A DNA stretch of 32,000 nt from Propionibacterium freudenreichii subsp. freudenreichii (GCF_000940845.1 NZ_CP010341.1:2400001-2432000); one strand, 5' to 3'. Numbered from the stretch's first letter, positions 1 to 10,313 are shown. The notes: generated from the sequence alone by a model not told the origin. A program made the numbers and translations.

Positions 1-87
1 CACCATCTCGGCGATGGCGAGCTGGCGTTCCTTCTGGCCTTCCAGATGGCGCTTCTCGACACCGTTGTGAGAACTGCTGACGCTCAT
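1..87 (-). CDS. 5' end (29 codons) of an unidentified gene running off the left edge
   Basis: Reverse strand reads ATG at 87-85 then MSVSSSHNGVEKRHLEGQKERQLAIAEMV and stays open to position 1. Too short to name a product. Confidence 0.3.
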   Translation of the reverse strand, partial: MSVSSSHNGVEKRHLEGQKERQLAIAEMV

Positions 88-248
88 TGCCGTGTTGCCC
101 CTCAGTGTTCGTCCCTCGAATCGCCCGCCGACGCCGGGCGGGTGAGTGCTGCTGCCAGCGTCCGCCCCGGCTGCCGGTTGTGGGCTCAGGCTATCCAAGG
201 CACGCAACCGGATTTCGGTCGGGCCGGGGTCACTGGCCCGACATCACA

Positions 249-1001
249 TCATCCCTGGTGGGCGCGGGCCACCTCGCCGGCGATGCCGAGCATCTGCACA
301 TAGCCGGGGCCGGTCCAGGCGGCGCGCCCGATGAACAGGCCCTCCACGCCGGGGATCCCCAACAGCTCGCGGGCATTGCCCGGATTCGCGGAGCCGCCGT
401 AGATCACTGCGGTCACCGCGTCGCCGTAGCGCGACTGCAGTGCGTCGAAGGCACGCAGGAGGTCGTCGCGCTGCGGTTCGCGTCCGTGCTCGCCGATCGC
501 CCAGATGGGCTCGTAGGCCAGGACCACCGACGAGGGGTCGACGCCCTCCAGCGCGGAATCGGCCTGATCGGTGATGAACTTCACCGAGTCGCCGGCGTCG
601 AAGACCTCCTGGGATTCGCCCACGCACAGCACGGGACGCAGGCCGTGACCGATGATCGCGCGCACCTTCTTGTTGACCACCTCGTCGGTGTCACCGAAGT
701 TGGCGCGACGCTCGGAGTGGCCCACCTCGACCAGTTGTGCCCCGGCGTCGGCGACCTGCGGCACGGAGACCTCGCCGGTCCATGCGCCGGCGTCGGCCCA
801 GTGCGCGTTCTGCGCGCCCAGCAGCACATCGGAGTCGGGGCCGAGCAGCTTGCTGACCTCGGCCAGCACGGTGGCCGGCGGGATGATGAAGGCCTGCACC
901 CCGCCCCATGCGCTGTGGTCGGCCTGCTTGAGCGCCTCCACATAGGTGCGTGACGACGCGCGCGTGCCATTCATCTTCCAGCTGGTTCCAACCCAGAGCA
1001 T
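249..1001 (-). CDS. Triose-phosphate isomerase family protein (paralogue linked to the DHA kinase gene)
   Basis: 250-aa ORF with TIM signatures GTSWKMNG, GHSERR, AYEPIWAIG and YGGS. GAGGAG-type RBS before the ATG at 1001. Lies directly downstream of the DHA kinase gene on the same strand. Confidence 0.9.
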   Translation of the reverse strand: MLWVGTSWKMNGTRASSRTYVEALKQADHSAWGGVQAFIIPPATVLAEVSKLLGPDSDVLLGAQNAHWADAGAWTGEVSVPQVADAGAQLVEVGHSERRANFGDTDEVVNKKVRAIIGHGLRPVLCVGESQEVFDAGDSVKFITDQADSALEGVDPSSVVLAYEPIWAIGEHGREPQRDDLLRAFDALQSRYGDAVTAVIYGGSANPGNARELLGIPGVEGLFIGRAAWTGPGYVQMLGIAGEVARAHQG

Positions 1002-1075
1002 GCATTCTCCTCATCGACGATGCGGGGGGTGTCGCGCCCGACCGGGGCCGGGCGCGACAACCCTTCGCGTGATTA

Positions 1076-2794
1076 TCAGCTGTTCGCGAGCCGGTCGGCC
1101 AATCCCGACATGAGCAGCGCGAACGAGACCGCGCCGGGGTCCTGATGGCCCAGCGAGGCCGTGCCGTGCGTGCGGGCGCGCCCCTTGCGGGCCACCATGT
1201 CGGCGGTGGATTCCGCGCCCTTGGTGGCGGCCTTCGCGGCGGCGGCCCAGGCCGTGGCGAGGTCATCGCCGGCGTCCAGCCGCGCGGTGAGCTCGTCGGC
1301 GAACGGAGCTGTGGCGTCCACCATCGTCTTGTCGCCGGGACGCGCCTCGCCGAGTTGGGCGAAGCGGCGGGCGGCGGCGATGGCGGCGCGGCCGAGACGG
1401 TCGTCCGTGGCGGCCTGGTCGTCGGAGAGCATCGTGCCGAGTTCGCGCAGTGCGGCGCCCCACAGGGCCCCCGAGGTGCCGCCGGCGCCCTCGGACCAGG
1501 CGGCGCCGGCCACGTCGAACAGGGTGGACGTGCCGGCATGGGCGGCAACTGCCTGCTTTGCGGCCTTCAGTGCCGCGGTGCTGCCCAGCACCATGCCCTG
1601 GCCGTGGTCGCCGTCGCCGGCGATGGAGTCGAGCTTGCCCAGCGACGCCTCGTTGGCGCTCGACATGTCCGCGAGGGCCTGCAGCAGCGGCAGCAGCTCC
1701 TCGGCCTGCGCGGCGGATTCGGGGCTGCCGGCCCGGATGGCCACCTTCTCGTCATGGGCGACGACCTCGCGGCGCTGACCGGCGGTGACGCTGCCGGTCT
1801 TGTAGGCGGGCGAGTCGCCGGGGGCGAGCCACAGTTCCTCGAGGTCGGGGTCGAGGTACATCAGGGACAGGGAGACCCCGGCCATGTCGAGCGATGTCAC
1901 CTGCTCGCCGACGATGGGGTGCACGATCGTGAGTCCGTGCTCGGTGAGCAGCTTCTTCACGGTGCCGTAGAGCACGAACAGCTCTTCGTACTTGGTGGCG
2001 CCCAGGCCGTTGACCAGCACGGCAACGTGGCCGTCGTAGCCGCCGGCGGTGCGGGTGGGTTCCTCGGCGAGGACGCGTTCGACCAACAGCGTCGCGATGC
2101 CCTCGGCGGTGTCCATCTTGTGGCTGGAGATGCCGGGCTCGCCGTGGATGCCCAGGCCCAGGGCGTATTCGCCCTCCGGCACGGTGAACAGGGGCTCGTC
2201 AGCGCCGGGCAGGGTGCAGCCGGTGAAGGCGACGCCCATTGACCGGGTGGCCTCGTTGGCCTTGTTGGCGGCGGCCTCGACGGCGTCCAGGTCGCGTCCG
2301 GCGGCGGCTGCGGCGCAGGCGGCCTTCACCACGAACAGGTCGCCGGCGATGCCGCGGCGGTCCTTCCAGTTCTGGGGGGTGTCGGAGGCGATGTCGTCGG
2401 AGATGGTGACGATGCGGGTGTCGATGCCGTCGGCACCCAGGGGGGATTGTGCCGCGCCGAACTGCAGGCGGTCACCGGCATAGTTGCCGAACAGCAGCAC
2501 CGCGCCGCCGCCGTGGTCGGAGGCGCGCACCACCGACTCCACCTGCGAGGCGGAGGGTGAGGCGAAGATATTGCCGCAGACGGCGCCATGGGCCATGCCG
2601 GGGCCGACCCAGCCGGCGAAGGCCGGGTAATGGCCCGACCCGCCGCCCACGATCACGGCGACCTCGCCCTGCGGGCTGTCGGTGGCGCGGGTCACCCCGC
2701 CATGTACCTCTGTGAGGTAGTCCTCGTTGGCCGCCACCATGCCGGTCAGGCTGTCGGCGGCGAACTGCTTGGGATCATTGACCAGATACGTCAT
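1076..2794 (-). CDS. Dihydroxyacetone kinase, single-chain DhaK-DhaL fusion type
   Basis: 572-aa ORF. The N-terminal half has DhaK-like GGGSGHYPAF and GIHGEPG. The C-terminal half has the DhaL-like GDGDHG motif. GGAG RBS before the ATG at 2794. Confidence 0.9.
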   Translation of the reverse strand: MTYLVNDPKQFAADSLTGMVAANEDYLTEVHGGVTRATDSPQGEVAVIVGGGSGHYPAFAGWVGPGMAHGAVCGNIFASPSASQVESVVRASDHGGGAVLLFGNYAGDRLQFGAAQSPLGADGIDTRIVTISDDIASDTPQNWKDRRGIAGDLFVVKAACAAAAAGRDLDAVEAAANKANEATRSMGVAFTGCTLPGADEPLFTVPEGEYALGLGIHGEPGISSHKMDTAEGIATLLVERVLAEEPTRTAGGYDGHVAVLVNGLGATKYEELFVLYGTVKKLLTEHGLTIVHPIVGEQVTSLDMAGVSLSLMYLDPDLEELWLAPGDSPAYKTGSVTAGQRREVVAHDEKVAIRAGSPESAAQAEELLPLLQALADMSSANEASLGKLDSIAGDGDHGQGMVLGSTAALKAAKQAVAAHAGTSTLFDVAGAAWSEGAGGTSGALWGAALRELGTMLSDDQAATDDRLGRAAIAAARRFAQLGEARPGDKTMVDATAPFADELTARLDAGDDLATAWAAAAKAATKGAESTADMVARKGRARTHGTASLGHQDPGAVSFALLMSGLADRLANS

Positions 2795-2941
2795 CGTTCT
2801 GCTCCGAAATGTCTGCGGGGCTCACACCCCGGGTTCGATTCGCTACATCATATAGGATGCAGCGCTGGGTGGGAACACCGCTGCGCCGCTGCTTGGGGTT
2901 TCTAGGTTAGTTGCCCGCCGCTCCGGCCGAATCGGGGGCAC

Positions 2942-3772
2942 ATGCGCGCATGTGGCGTCGACCAGCCCCGAGCAGGCACCATCTCCCTGCCCATCCGCAT
3001 GCCACGAGAGGTCACGATCATCCAGAGGAGCCAAACCGCTAGCCTTGCGACTGTGGATTCGCAGTCAGCTCGCATCGATCAATTGACGCCTCTGCGCTCG
3101 CGCGCACTGGTCGACGATGTCTACGACCTGCTGCTCGACAAGCTCACATCCGGCGAGCTCGCACCTGATACGGCCCTGGGCATCGACCCGTTGGCACGCC
3201 AGTTGCGCATTTCACCCACCCCCATCCGCGAGGCGCTGGCCCGCCTGGAGCACACGGGTCTGGTCCATCGGGCGGCGAACCGGGGATATCGAGTGGCGCC
3301 CCCGCTGTCCCTTGAGCAGATGCTTGAGCTGTTGGATACCCGCCTGGTGCTTGAGGATGGTGCCATTGAGCGCGCCATGAGGCACGCGGAGGACCTGCTC
3401 CCCGACCTGGACGCGGCGTACGAAGAGCACGCCCGCGCCGCAAGGGCCCTCGAGGGATCAGGGGCCCTGCACGACCAGCATCGGATCCACGAGTACTACG
3501 CCGCCGATTGGGCCTTCCACCAGACGATCCTGGACCACTCGCACAACCGCTATATCAGCCGCGCGGTCAACTCCCTGTCCTTCAGCTTTCACCGAATGCG
3601 GCAGACCAATGCCATGGGCACCACGGACGCGCCCGTCGCACTCGCGGAACACGCGGCAATCCTCAATGCGGTGCGCACACTCGATGCCGCCGCCGCCCGT
3701 GAGGCCCTGGACGTCCACCTTGCAAGCCTCACCAAGCGGGCGACCGACGCCGCCGGCAACCCCACCGACTGA
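2942..3772 (+). CDS. GntR-family transcriptional regulator (FadR/FCD-like C-terminal half)
   Basis: Winged-HTH block LARQLRISPTPIREALARLEHTGLVHRAANRGYRVAPP followed by a helical effector-type half. Divergent from the DHA kinase gene. Start uncertain (ATG 2942 or ATG 2999). Confidence 0.8.
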   Translation: MRACGVDQPRAGTISLPIRMPREVTIIQRSQTASLATVDSQSARIDQLTPLRSRALVDDVYDLLLDKLTSGELAPDTALGIDPLARQLRISPTPIREALARLEHTGLVHRAANRGYRVAPPLSLEQMLELLDTRLVLEDGAIERAMRHAEDLLPDLDAAYEEHARAARALEGSGALHDQHRIHEYYAADWAFHQTILDHSHNRYISRAVNSLSFSFHRMRQTNAMGTTDAPVALAEHAAILNAVRTLDAAAAREALDVHLASLTKRATDAAGNPTD

Positions 3773-3810
3773 CACCAGCGGGCAGGGCCGTCGGACGACG
3801 TCGACCATGC

Positions 3811-5103
3811 CTAGGAATCCGCACTGACGCGACGGCGAACCGCCCCGCGCAGGGCCAGCGCCATGATTCCGGCGAGGATCACCGAACAGCCGAAGAACAC
3901 CGATGCCAGGGCCAGCGATCCCGTGGTGTCCTGGATCCAGCCACCCACATAGGGCCCCAACAGGCCTCCGAGGTTTCCGATGCCGTTGATGATCCCGAAA
4001 CCGGCACCCACGGCTTCGGGCCGGACCAGCGTGGAGTTCATCGTCCAATAGGGACCGAAGAAGCTCAGCTGGCAGGCGGTCGCGGCGGCAAGGGCCAACA
4101 CGACGAGCCATGGCTGGTTGGCGGTGATGAGGGTTGAGGTCGCCAGGATGACGCCGCCAACGATCAGCGGCACCGCGACCCGCACGTTGTACCGACCATC
4201 CCTGTCGGCACCCCGCCCATTGATCCAGATCGCTGCGGCCGCACAGATCGGGGGAATCGCGGCGACGAGCCCGACGGTGAGTTCACCCTTGAATACTGTC
4301 TTGAGGAGCGTCGGCAGCCACAGCTGGAGGCCGTAGAACCCCAACCACACCAACATCCCCATCAGGGCGAGCAACCACACATACGGTGACTTCACGGCAG
4401 CACGCCAGTTGGACGCGGCCGAGTCGTCACCATCGGCTGCCTTGAGGGTCGCGATCTCCTGCGCTTCCTGCGCCGAGAGCCAGCGCGCTTCGGCGGGGTC
4501 ATCCGCCGCCACCCAGAGCCACAGCCCGACGCCGATGAGCAGGGGCAGCAGCCCCTGGATGACGAAGAGCTCGCGCCACGAGCCGTGCATCAGGATCAGA
4601 CCGGCCAGGGGTGCAGTAATGACCGTGGCGATCGGGTTGTGCATGATGAACAGTGAAAACGCCCTTCCCTTCTCACTCTTGGGGAACCAACGATTGATCA
4701 GCACCATGAGTGCCGGCTGCACGCCTCCCTCGAAGACCCCGAGCATGAACCGGGCGGTGAGCAGCTGTCCATAGTTCGCCACGAATCCAGCAAGGATTGC
4801 GCACAGTCCCCACCCCAGCATGAGGCAGAAGACGACCTTTCTGGCACTCCATTTCTGGGCGAGGTAGCCGCCGGGCACCTGGAGCACCAGGTAGCCGATG
4901 AAGAAGATGCCCGCCGCGAACCCGCCCTGGGCCGCATCCATGTGCAGGCTCTCGCGGATCTGGCCCATACCGAACCCAATGTTCACCCGGTCGATGTAGG
5001 CGATGATGTATATGACCAGGATGACTGGGATCAGCCGGGTCCATCGACGATTGGTACTTCCCGCACGGGCCCGATCAGTCAACTCCATTTTGTCATTGCT
5101 CAT
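3811..5103 (-). CDS. MFS transporter
   Basis: Multi-TM hydrophobic profile over about 430 aa with the MFS loop motif GGYLAQKWSARKV. The track ORF starts at 5208, but ATG 5103 (MSNDKMELTDR) removes a non-hydrophobic leader. That start overlaps the upstream gene end by 11 nt. Confidence 0.85.
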   Translation of the reverse strand: MSNDKMELTDRARAGSTNRRWTRLIPVILVIYIIAYIDRVNIGFGMGQIRESLHMDAAQGGFAAGIFFIGYLVLQVPGGYLAQKWSARKVVFCLMLGWGLCAILAGFVANYGQLLTARFMLGVFEGGVQPALMVLINRWFPKSEKGRAFSLFIMHNPIATVITAPLAGLILMHGSWRELFVIQGLLPLLIGVGLWLWVAADDPAEARWLSAQEAQEIATLKAADGDDSAASNWRAAVKSPYVWLLALMGMLVWLGFYGLQLWLPTLLKTVFKGELTVGLVAAIPPICAAAAIWINGRGADRDGRYNVRVAVPLIVGGVILATSTLITANQPWLVVLALAAATACQLSFFGPYWTMNSTLVRPEAVGAGFGIINGIGNLGGLLGPYVGGWIQDTTGSLALASVFFGCSVILAGIMALALRGAVRRRVSADS

Positions 5104-5818
5104 GACGATCCCCTGCACTTTCGATCGCCACCACGCGAGCTGGCCCGCCGTCGGAATGCTTGATCTTGAGGGGGAGGGCAAACAGGTCAAAGTTCTCGGC
5201 GTGCACATTGCGAAGGTTGCAGAGGTATTCGATCTGAACCACCCCCTGGGTCAGGAGGACGGAGTGACAGGCCCAGTCCTCGACCGGGTCAGTGCTCGGC
5301 ACGAAATCAGGGTCGTAGTCCTCGCGAATTCCCCGGTCCTGGGGGAAGTCGAATCCCACTGCCTTGATTCCGCAGTCCAGGAGGAAGCGAGCTCCCCCGG
5401 CAGTGATCCACGGCGAATCAACCCAGTACTGGGGGGTGGTCGTCGGGTGTCGCAGCTCGTGGTCAGACCTGATCAGGGCGATTTCTCCCGGCTGAAGCGC
5501 TGCGGCTCCGCCCTCCCTCAGCTCCTTCTCCCCCAGCGCGGCCCGATCCCCGTGTCCCGAGACATCGACCATCCGCGCCGGACCAAAGAACCTGTCCAGG
5601 CCCATCTCGTCGATGGTCTCCATGTCGGGTGATACATGGAACGGCGCGTCGCAATGCGAAAAGGCGTGGGCAGCCATGCGCAGGAGGGTTGAGTGGAAGG
5701 TGAAGTGGGGTTTTTCCAGCTCCTTCTCCCCGAACTCGGGGCCGAAGCGCCAATGTGGCTCGATCAACATTGATAGGTCAACTGCGCGCGGCAGCTCCTG
5801 TGCGTTCGATGTATTCAT
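5093..5818 (-). CDS. Putative cyclase / arylformamidase-family protein
   Basis: 241-aa ORF containing HAFSHCDAPFH, which fits the HxxxHxDxPxH metal motif of the cyclase family. GAGGTG RBS 4 nt before the ATG at 5818. Confidence 0.75.
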   Translation of the reverse strand: MNTSNAQELPRAVDLSMLIEPHWRFGPEFGEKELEKPHFTFHSTLLRMAAHAFSHCDAPFHVSPDMETIDEMGLDRFFGPARMVDVSGHGDRAALGEKELREGGAAALQPGEIALIRSDHELRHPTTTPQYWVDSPWITAGGARFLLDCGIKAVGFDFPQDRGIREDYDPDFVPSTDPVEDWACHSVLLTQGVVQIEYLCNLRNVHAENFDLFALPLKIKHSDGGPARVVAIESAGDRHEQ

Positions 5819-5957
5819 GTTTCACCTCAAAGCGTCATTGCTGGATGAGAGGGAGCCGAACCGCCAATGGTCCGACCTGTTGGTCTTGTGGGAATTGATG
5901 CGTTCCCGACGCGTGGGCCACAATCCGTGGCCCCATCGGGATCATGTGTTCAATGGC

Positions 5958-6592
5958 TCACGGCCTCGAAGTTTCGGTGCCATACGCCCGGGCGGGGGCT
6001 GCCACCCGCGACAGCAACGATTCTTCGAGCCCATACGTCCTCACCGCGGTCCCGATGAATGCATCGCTCTGTTCATCGGGAGACCAGTCCCGGGAGATCT
6101 CCAGGAATCCTCCGAAGATGTCGTCATAGGATCCGCACAGGGAGTCCACCGGGAAGTTCGAAGCGAACATGATTCGTTGGGATCCGAAAGCCTCGAACAG
6201 CGTCTCCACGATCAGTCGGTTGTTCTCCGCCCGCCACGGCACGCTCGGCAACCCGATGCCCGAGATCTTCATCACGGTGTTCTGACACGCCGCAAGCTCG
6301 TGGACGGCCCTGCTTCAGCCCTGCATCATCTCCGGGGACCTGTCCGACGGAAGCGCCGCGTGGTTGACGATGATGGTTTGCTGCGGGTAGCTGCGCGCGA
6401 GGTCCACGGCCTCCCGCATGTGCCACCAGGCAACCTGCAGATCGAACAAGAGGCCGTTTTCGGCAACGAGCCGGTACCCCTGCCTCCACTGGGGATCCAT
6501 CATCTTTGAGGGATGGGACGCAGCCTCCGCCGGCGAAGCGGCCTGACCCGGCTTGTGCCTGACAGAGCGCACGATGGGCATCTGTGAATACC
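5958..6592 (-). pseudogene. Amidohydrolase-2 family gene, 5'-truncated by ISL3 copy 1 and carrying an in-frame TGA
   Basis: ORFs 6315-6602 and 5958-6275 are in the same phase and are separated only by TGA at 6315-6317 (...SPEMMQG*SRAVHELAACQNTVMKISGIG...). A Trp is typical at that position in this family. The N-terminal part is missing, and the IS end begins at 6593. Confidence 0.8.
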
Positions 6593-8028
6593 GGCTCATC
6601 ATAATCCACGGTGTAGCTGAGGTCTGAACCCGCCGGTTTCGAGGAGGGATCTGGCGACATAGTGGGTGAGGTTGCGGAAGCCGAGGGCTGATCCGCGGAG
6701 GTGCTCGAGGCGGCCATTGATCGCCTCTGTGGGACCGTTGCTGGTGCCGGGCCGGTCGAAGTAGGCCAGCACGTCGACCGCCCGCTGCTTCAGCGTGCGG
6801 CCCAGTGTGCGGAGTTCGACCAGCGCTGCTGGGACGCCGCTGGCGAGGCTGGCGATGAGCTTGTTCATGAGGTCTCGGCCGCGAGCAGGGTCGGGGTCGC
6901 GGTAGGCGGTGACCATGCGTTGGTAGGCCGCCCAGGTGACCTCAAGTTCGGTGTGCGCCTCGTCAGCGAACAGGGCGTCAAGCCGGGTCTTCTGTTTGTC
7001 GGTGAGCAGCGATGCTCCGGTGTGCAGGGTTCGCCGGGCCGAGTAGAGCGGGTCGCCGGCACGGCCGCGGTGGCCGTGCAGATCCTGTTGGATTCGACGG
7101 CGGCACCGGTCGAGGGCGTCGCCGGCGAGCCTCACGACATGGAAGGGGTCCATCACCGCGACCGCATCAGGCAACTCCTCGGTGGTGGCGGTCTTGAATC
7201 CGGTGAAGCCGTCCATCGCGACGACCTCCACCCGGTCGCGCCACGCCTGGTCACGCTCAGACAACCACTGCTTGAACACGCTCTTGGAGCGGCCCTCGAC
7301 CATGTCCAGCAACCTGACCGGTCCACTGTTCGTCCTTGCCGGCGTCAGGTCGATGATCACGGTCACGTACTTCTCGCCGCGACGGGTGTGCCGCCACACG
7401 TGCTCATCCACGCCGATCGTGGTCACCTTGTCGAACCGGTGCGGGTTGTTGATCAGCACCCGCTTACCCTCGGCGAGCACCGCGTCGTTCGCTGTGTTCC
7501 AGCTGATGTCCAAGCCTTCGGCGATCCGGGCCACGGTGAGGTGGCGCACCACGATCCCTTCCAACGCCCACCGCAGCCCGCGGCGCGACAGTCGGGTCTT
7601 GGCCTCCGCGGCCCGGCTCGTGTCCTGGCGCCACACATGAGCGCAGTCGGCGCACCGGTACCGGCGGACGAGCACCTCCAGCAGGGTCGGCCGCCACCCG
7701 AGCGGTTCGTGAGCGAGCCGACGCACCACCGTGTCCCGCAACACACCATGCTGGCCGCAGCGGTGGCACCAGTCGTCCGGCTCGACAACCTGACAAGCGA
7801 TCACCGCCCGTCCAGGCTCGAGTCGTTGACCAACCGCAACCAGGCCCAGCTCGTCGAGCCGGCAGAAGGTGGTCAGGTCAGGGGTCGCGAAGGTAGCGTC
7901 AGGCACGTCGAGGTCTTCCCGATGGGTTGGTGTGAGAACCCCCATCCTCGGAAGACCTCGACCCCTACCCGGTGACCGACACACCAGCCACCATCACACC
8001 CCCACTACACCGTGGATTGTGATGAGCC
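6593..8028 (-). mobile_element. ISL3-family insertion sequence, copy 1 (1436 bp)
   Basis: Ends GGCTCATCATAATCCACGGTGTAG (6593, IRR) and CTACACCGTGGATTGTGATGAGCC (8028, IRL) form a 24-bp IR with 1 mismatch. Identical to copies 2 and 3 as far as I can compare. Plus-strand flanks TGAATACC and CGTTTCGC do not match each other. Confidence 0.95.
6599..7984 (-). CDS. ISL3-family transposase
   Basis: 461-aa ORF with an N-terminal zinc-finger-like CHRCG...CADC and DDE-type body, identical in all three copies. The real start is probably the GVL/VPDATF-proximal GTG, about 26 codons into the track ORF. Confidence 0.95.
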   Translation of the reverse strand: MCRSPGRGRGLPRMGVLTPTHREDLDVPDATFATPDLTTFCRLDELGLVAVGQRLEPGRAVIACQVVEPDDWCHRCGQHGVLRDTVVRRLAHEPLGWRPTLLEVLVRRYRCADCAHVWRQDTSRAAEAKTRLSRRGLRWALEGIVVRHLTVARIAEGLDISWNTANDAVLAEGKRVLINNPHRFDKVTTIGVDEHVWRHTRRGEKYVTVIIDLTPARTNSGPVRLLDMVEGRSKSVFKQWLSERDQAWRDRVEVVAMDGFTGFKTATTEELPDAVAVMDPFHVVRLAGDALDRCRRRIQQDLHGHRGRAGDPLYSARRTLHTGASLLTDKQKTRLDALFADEAHTELEVTWAAYQRMVTAYRDPDPARGRDLMNKLIASLASGVPAALVELRTLGRTLKQRAVDVLAYFDRPGTSNGPTEAINGRLEHLRGSALGFRNLTHYVARSLLETGGFRPQLHRGL

Positions 8029-8372
8029 CGTTTCGCGGGGATCGCGAGGACCTGGCTGATCGTGGCGATCGCGTCAGGTGCCCGGTAGCTGGCGTAGGTG
8101 AAGAACGACCGCAGCGCCGCCCGGCGGGCGTTGCGGGTCGCGACGGAGTTCCCGCGCTCGGTTTCCAGGTGCTGGAGGAACCCGCCGATCAGGTCTGCGT
8201 CGAGATCGGCCAGCGTCAACGCCGATGGCGCGATCCCGGTGGCCCGCTCAGCGTAGGTCAGTAGGAGCCGGAACGTGTCGGCGTAGGCGGCTTTCGTGTG
8301 CGGGCTGGCATCCAGATGCCGGTCGAGCTTGTCGGTGAAGAACCGTTGCAGCAACGGCGCGAGGTCACTCAT
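8029..8372 (-). pseudogene. RIT third tyrosine recombinase (ritC-type), N-terminal SAM-like domain fragment cut by ISL3 copy 1
   Basis: MSDLAPLLQRFFTDKLDRHLDASPHTKAAYADTFRLLLTYAE...NARRAALRSFFTYASYR is a phage-integrase N-terminal domain. The native sequence stops at ...AIPAKR where the IS IRL begins. The ATG at 8372 overlaps the ritB stop. Confidence 0.85.
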
Positions 8373-9296
8373 CACCGCCCCCTCTCGCTTGGATGCGCTC
8401 CGCGAGAGCAGCCGCCAGTTCGGGAGTGTTCGACAGATACCAGTAGGTCGCCTCCGGGCCGACGTGTCCGAGGAACGCCGACAGCACCGGCATCATCGCG
8501 TCGACATCGCCGCCGGTTCGGATGTGCCCGATCAGGGTGTTCGTCGCGAACGAGTGCCGGAAGTCGTGCAGCCGGGCGGCCGGCTCGGTCGGCCCGCCGG
8601 CCAAGCCAGCGGCCTCGCGGATCTCTCGGAACGTGTTCCCCGCGGTTGAGCGGGCGATCCGGGTGCCTCGGCGGGCGACAAACACCGCGGTCGTCTTCGG
8701 GACCGGGAACGTCCGATCCCGTAGCCGCCGATACCTGCGGATCGCGGTCATCGTCGTCGGGCGGAGTGGGACGAGGCGGGACTTGCCGAACTTCGTGTCC
8801 GTGACCCGCACCCAACCGCTGCCATCACCGGCATCGTCGTCGATGGTGATGTCGTCGTCGTTGAGGTTCCTCGCTTCGCTGATCCGCATCCCCGTCACCG
8901 TCAGCAGTCCGAGTAGCGTTTGCCAGGAAGCCGCCCGGACTCGTGGGGTCAGCCTGCCGCGACCAGCAGCGTGTCGATCTGCTGGTCGGTGAAGATCCGC
9001 GGGCGAGGACGATGAGCGCCGTAGGGTCGTCCGTCCAGGACGGGGACCTCGGTCGCGGGGTCGAACCAGGCGACATGCTCGGCGAACTGGCGGACATAGT
9101 TCAGTCGCTCCAGCACCGTGCCGCGGGAGAACTGTGCTGCCCACGCGGTCGCCAGATCCCGGCGGATCGTGGGCTCACCGGCGTCTTCCATCCAGCCGAC
9201 GAACGCATCCAGAGTCTTGCCTGGCGCGACGAGCTTGAACCCGAGTGCCCGCCGGGTCGCCAGGTAACCGTCCATCAGATCGCGCAACCCGCTCAT
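8365..9296 (-). pseudogene. RIT second tyrosine recombinase (ritB-type) with a 1-nt frameshift near 8950
   Basis: The N-terminal part (9296 to 8949, ...IFTDQQIDTLLVAAG*) and the catalytic part (...LTPRVRAASWQTLLGLLTVTGMRISEA...HDFRHSFAT...LGHVGPEATYWYL) are in different phases. The ATG at 9296 overlaps the ritA stop as ATGA. Confidence 0.8.
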
Positions 9297-10234
9297 CGTG
9301 GACACCTGCCCAATGACGCGGCCGCCGGCCATTCGGGTGCGAGAGCGGTGAGCCGGTTCTTGTCGACCTTGGCGTAGAGCGCGGTCGTGCGTAGATGCGC
9401 GTGGCGTAGCAGCCCCTGGACCTCCTGCAACGTCGCCCCAGTGGCGAGCATCCCGGTCGCGAACGTGTGCCGCAGCCGGTGTGGGCCGAACTTCTCCACC
9501 CCGGCCTTGATGCAGATTTGCCGGATCGTCCCGCAGACACCGTTGGCGCTCAGTGGCTGGACCGGATCGATGACCGTCCAGAACACCTCCTCGCCCTGGA
9601 CCCTGCCGCCGCGGCCGTGGAGCACGTAATCCTCCAAGGCGTGGCCGACCTCGTCGGGCAGTGGGAGCTCATCGACACGGTCGCCCTTGCCCCGGATGCG
9701 TAGGCTTCCGGTGCGCCAGCCGATGTCGTCGAGCCGAAGGCCGGCGATCTCACAAGCGCGCAGCCCGAGCCCGGTAAGAAGCAGCAGGATCGCCCGGTCA
9801 CGCAGCCCTTTCGGTGAACGCAGATCGAGAGTGTCGAACAGTGCCTCGATCGTGCCCGCCGGCACCGGGTCCGGAATCGATGAGAGTCGCCACGCCGCCG
9901 CGTGCGGCACCACCCCGGACAGGTCCTGTCCCATCCGACCGGAGCGGTGAGCGTACTGCAGAAACGAGCGCAGCATCACCAGCTGCTTGCCCAACGTCGA
10001 TGCCTTCAGCCCACGCGCTGCTTCCAGGTCCACCCACTCGATCAGCATCGCCGCGGTCAGCTTCCGCAGCGACTCCTCGACCGGCGCGGGCAGCCACTCC
10101 ACGAATGCTGCGACGCGAGCCGTGTACGCGGCAGCCGTGCACTCCTGCGCTGATCGCTCTTGGAGCAGCCACCTCTCGAACTCATCCAGCACATCCCGCA
10201 CGTCGGCGCGGCGCTGATCACGATGAACCACCAT
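9293..10234 (-). CDS. RIT first tyrosine recombinase (ritA-type), apparently intact
   Basis: 313-aa ORF with an N-terminal SAM-like domain and catalytic residues in GLRACEI, HRLRHTFAT and LLRHAHLRTTALYAKV. Confidence 0.9.
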   Translation of the reverse strand: MVVHRDQRRADVRDVLDEFERWLLQERSAQECTAAAYTARVAAFVEWLPAPVEESLRKLTAAMLIEWVDLEAARGLKASTLGKQLVMLRSFLQYAHRSGRMGQDLSGVVPHAAAWRLSSIPDPVPAGTIEALFDTLDLRSPKGLRDRAILLLLTGLGLRACEIAGLRLDDIGWRTGSLRIRGKGDRVDELPLPDEVGHALEDYVLHGRGGRVQGEEVFWTVIDPVQPLSANGVCGTIRQICIKAGVEKFGPHRLRHTFATGMLATGATLQEVQGLLRHAHLRTTALYAKVDKNRLTALAPEWPAAASLGRCPR

Positions 10235-10313
10235 CTCGGTCCTCCTCGACCTGAAGCCGAGCGATCCCAGCGACCGCCCCGGTCAGATCAAGCGAACCCC
10301 GACTCCAGAGCCA

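Noticed and set aside
1145-2242. Long antisense or out-of-frame ORFs inside the DHA kinase, TIM, glgX and kup genes (for example 1145-2242, 691-1548, 12354-13406, 22557-23303)
   Set aside because: - These are low-complexity Arg/Pro/Gly-rich translations typical of the non-coding frames of high-GC genes.
- The annotated frames carry the family motifs.
6701-7975. A 424-aa ORF antisense to the ISL3 transposase, repeated at 15112-16386 and 24333-25607
   Set aside because: - It is a shadow ORF of a high-GC gene.
- It is Arg/Gly/Val-rich with no recognisable domain.
- The opposite strand encodes a clear transposase.
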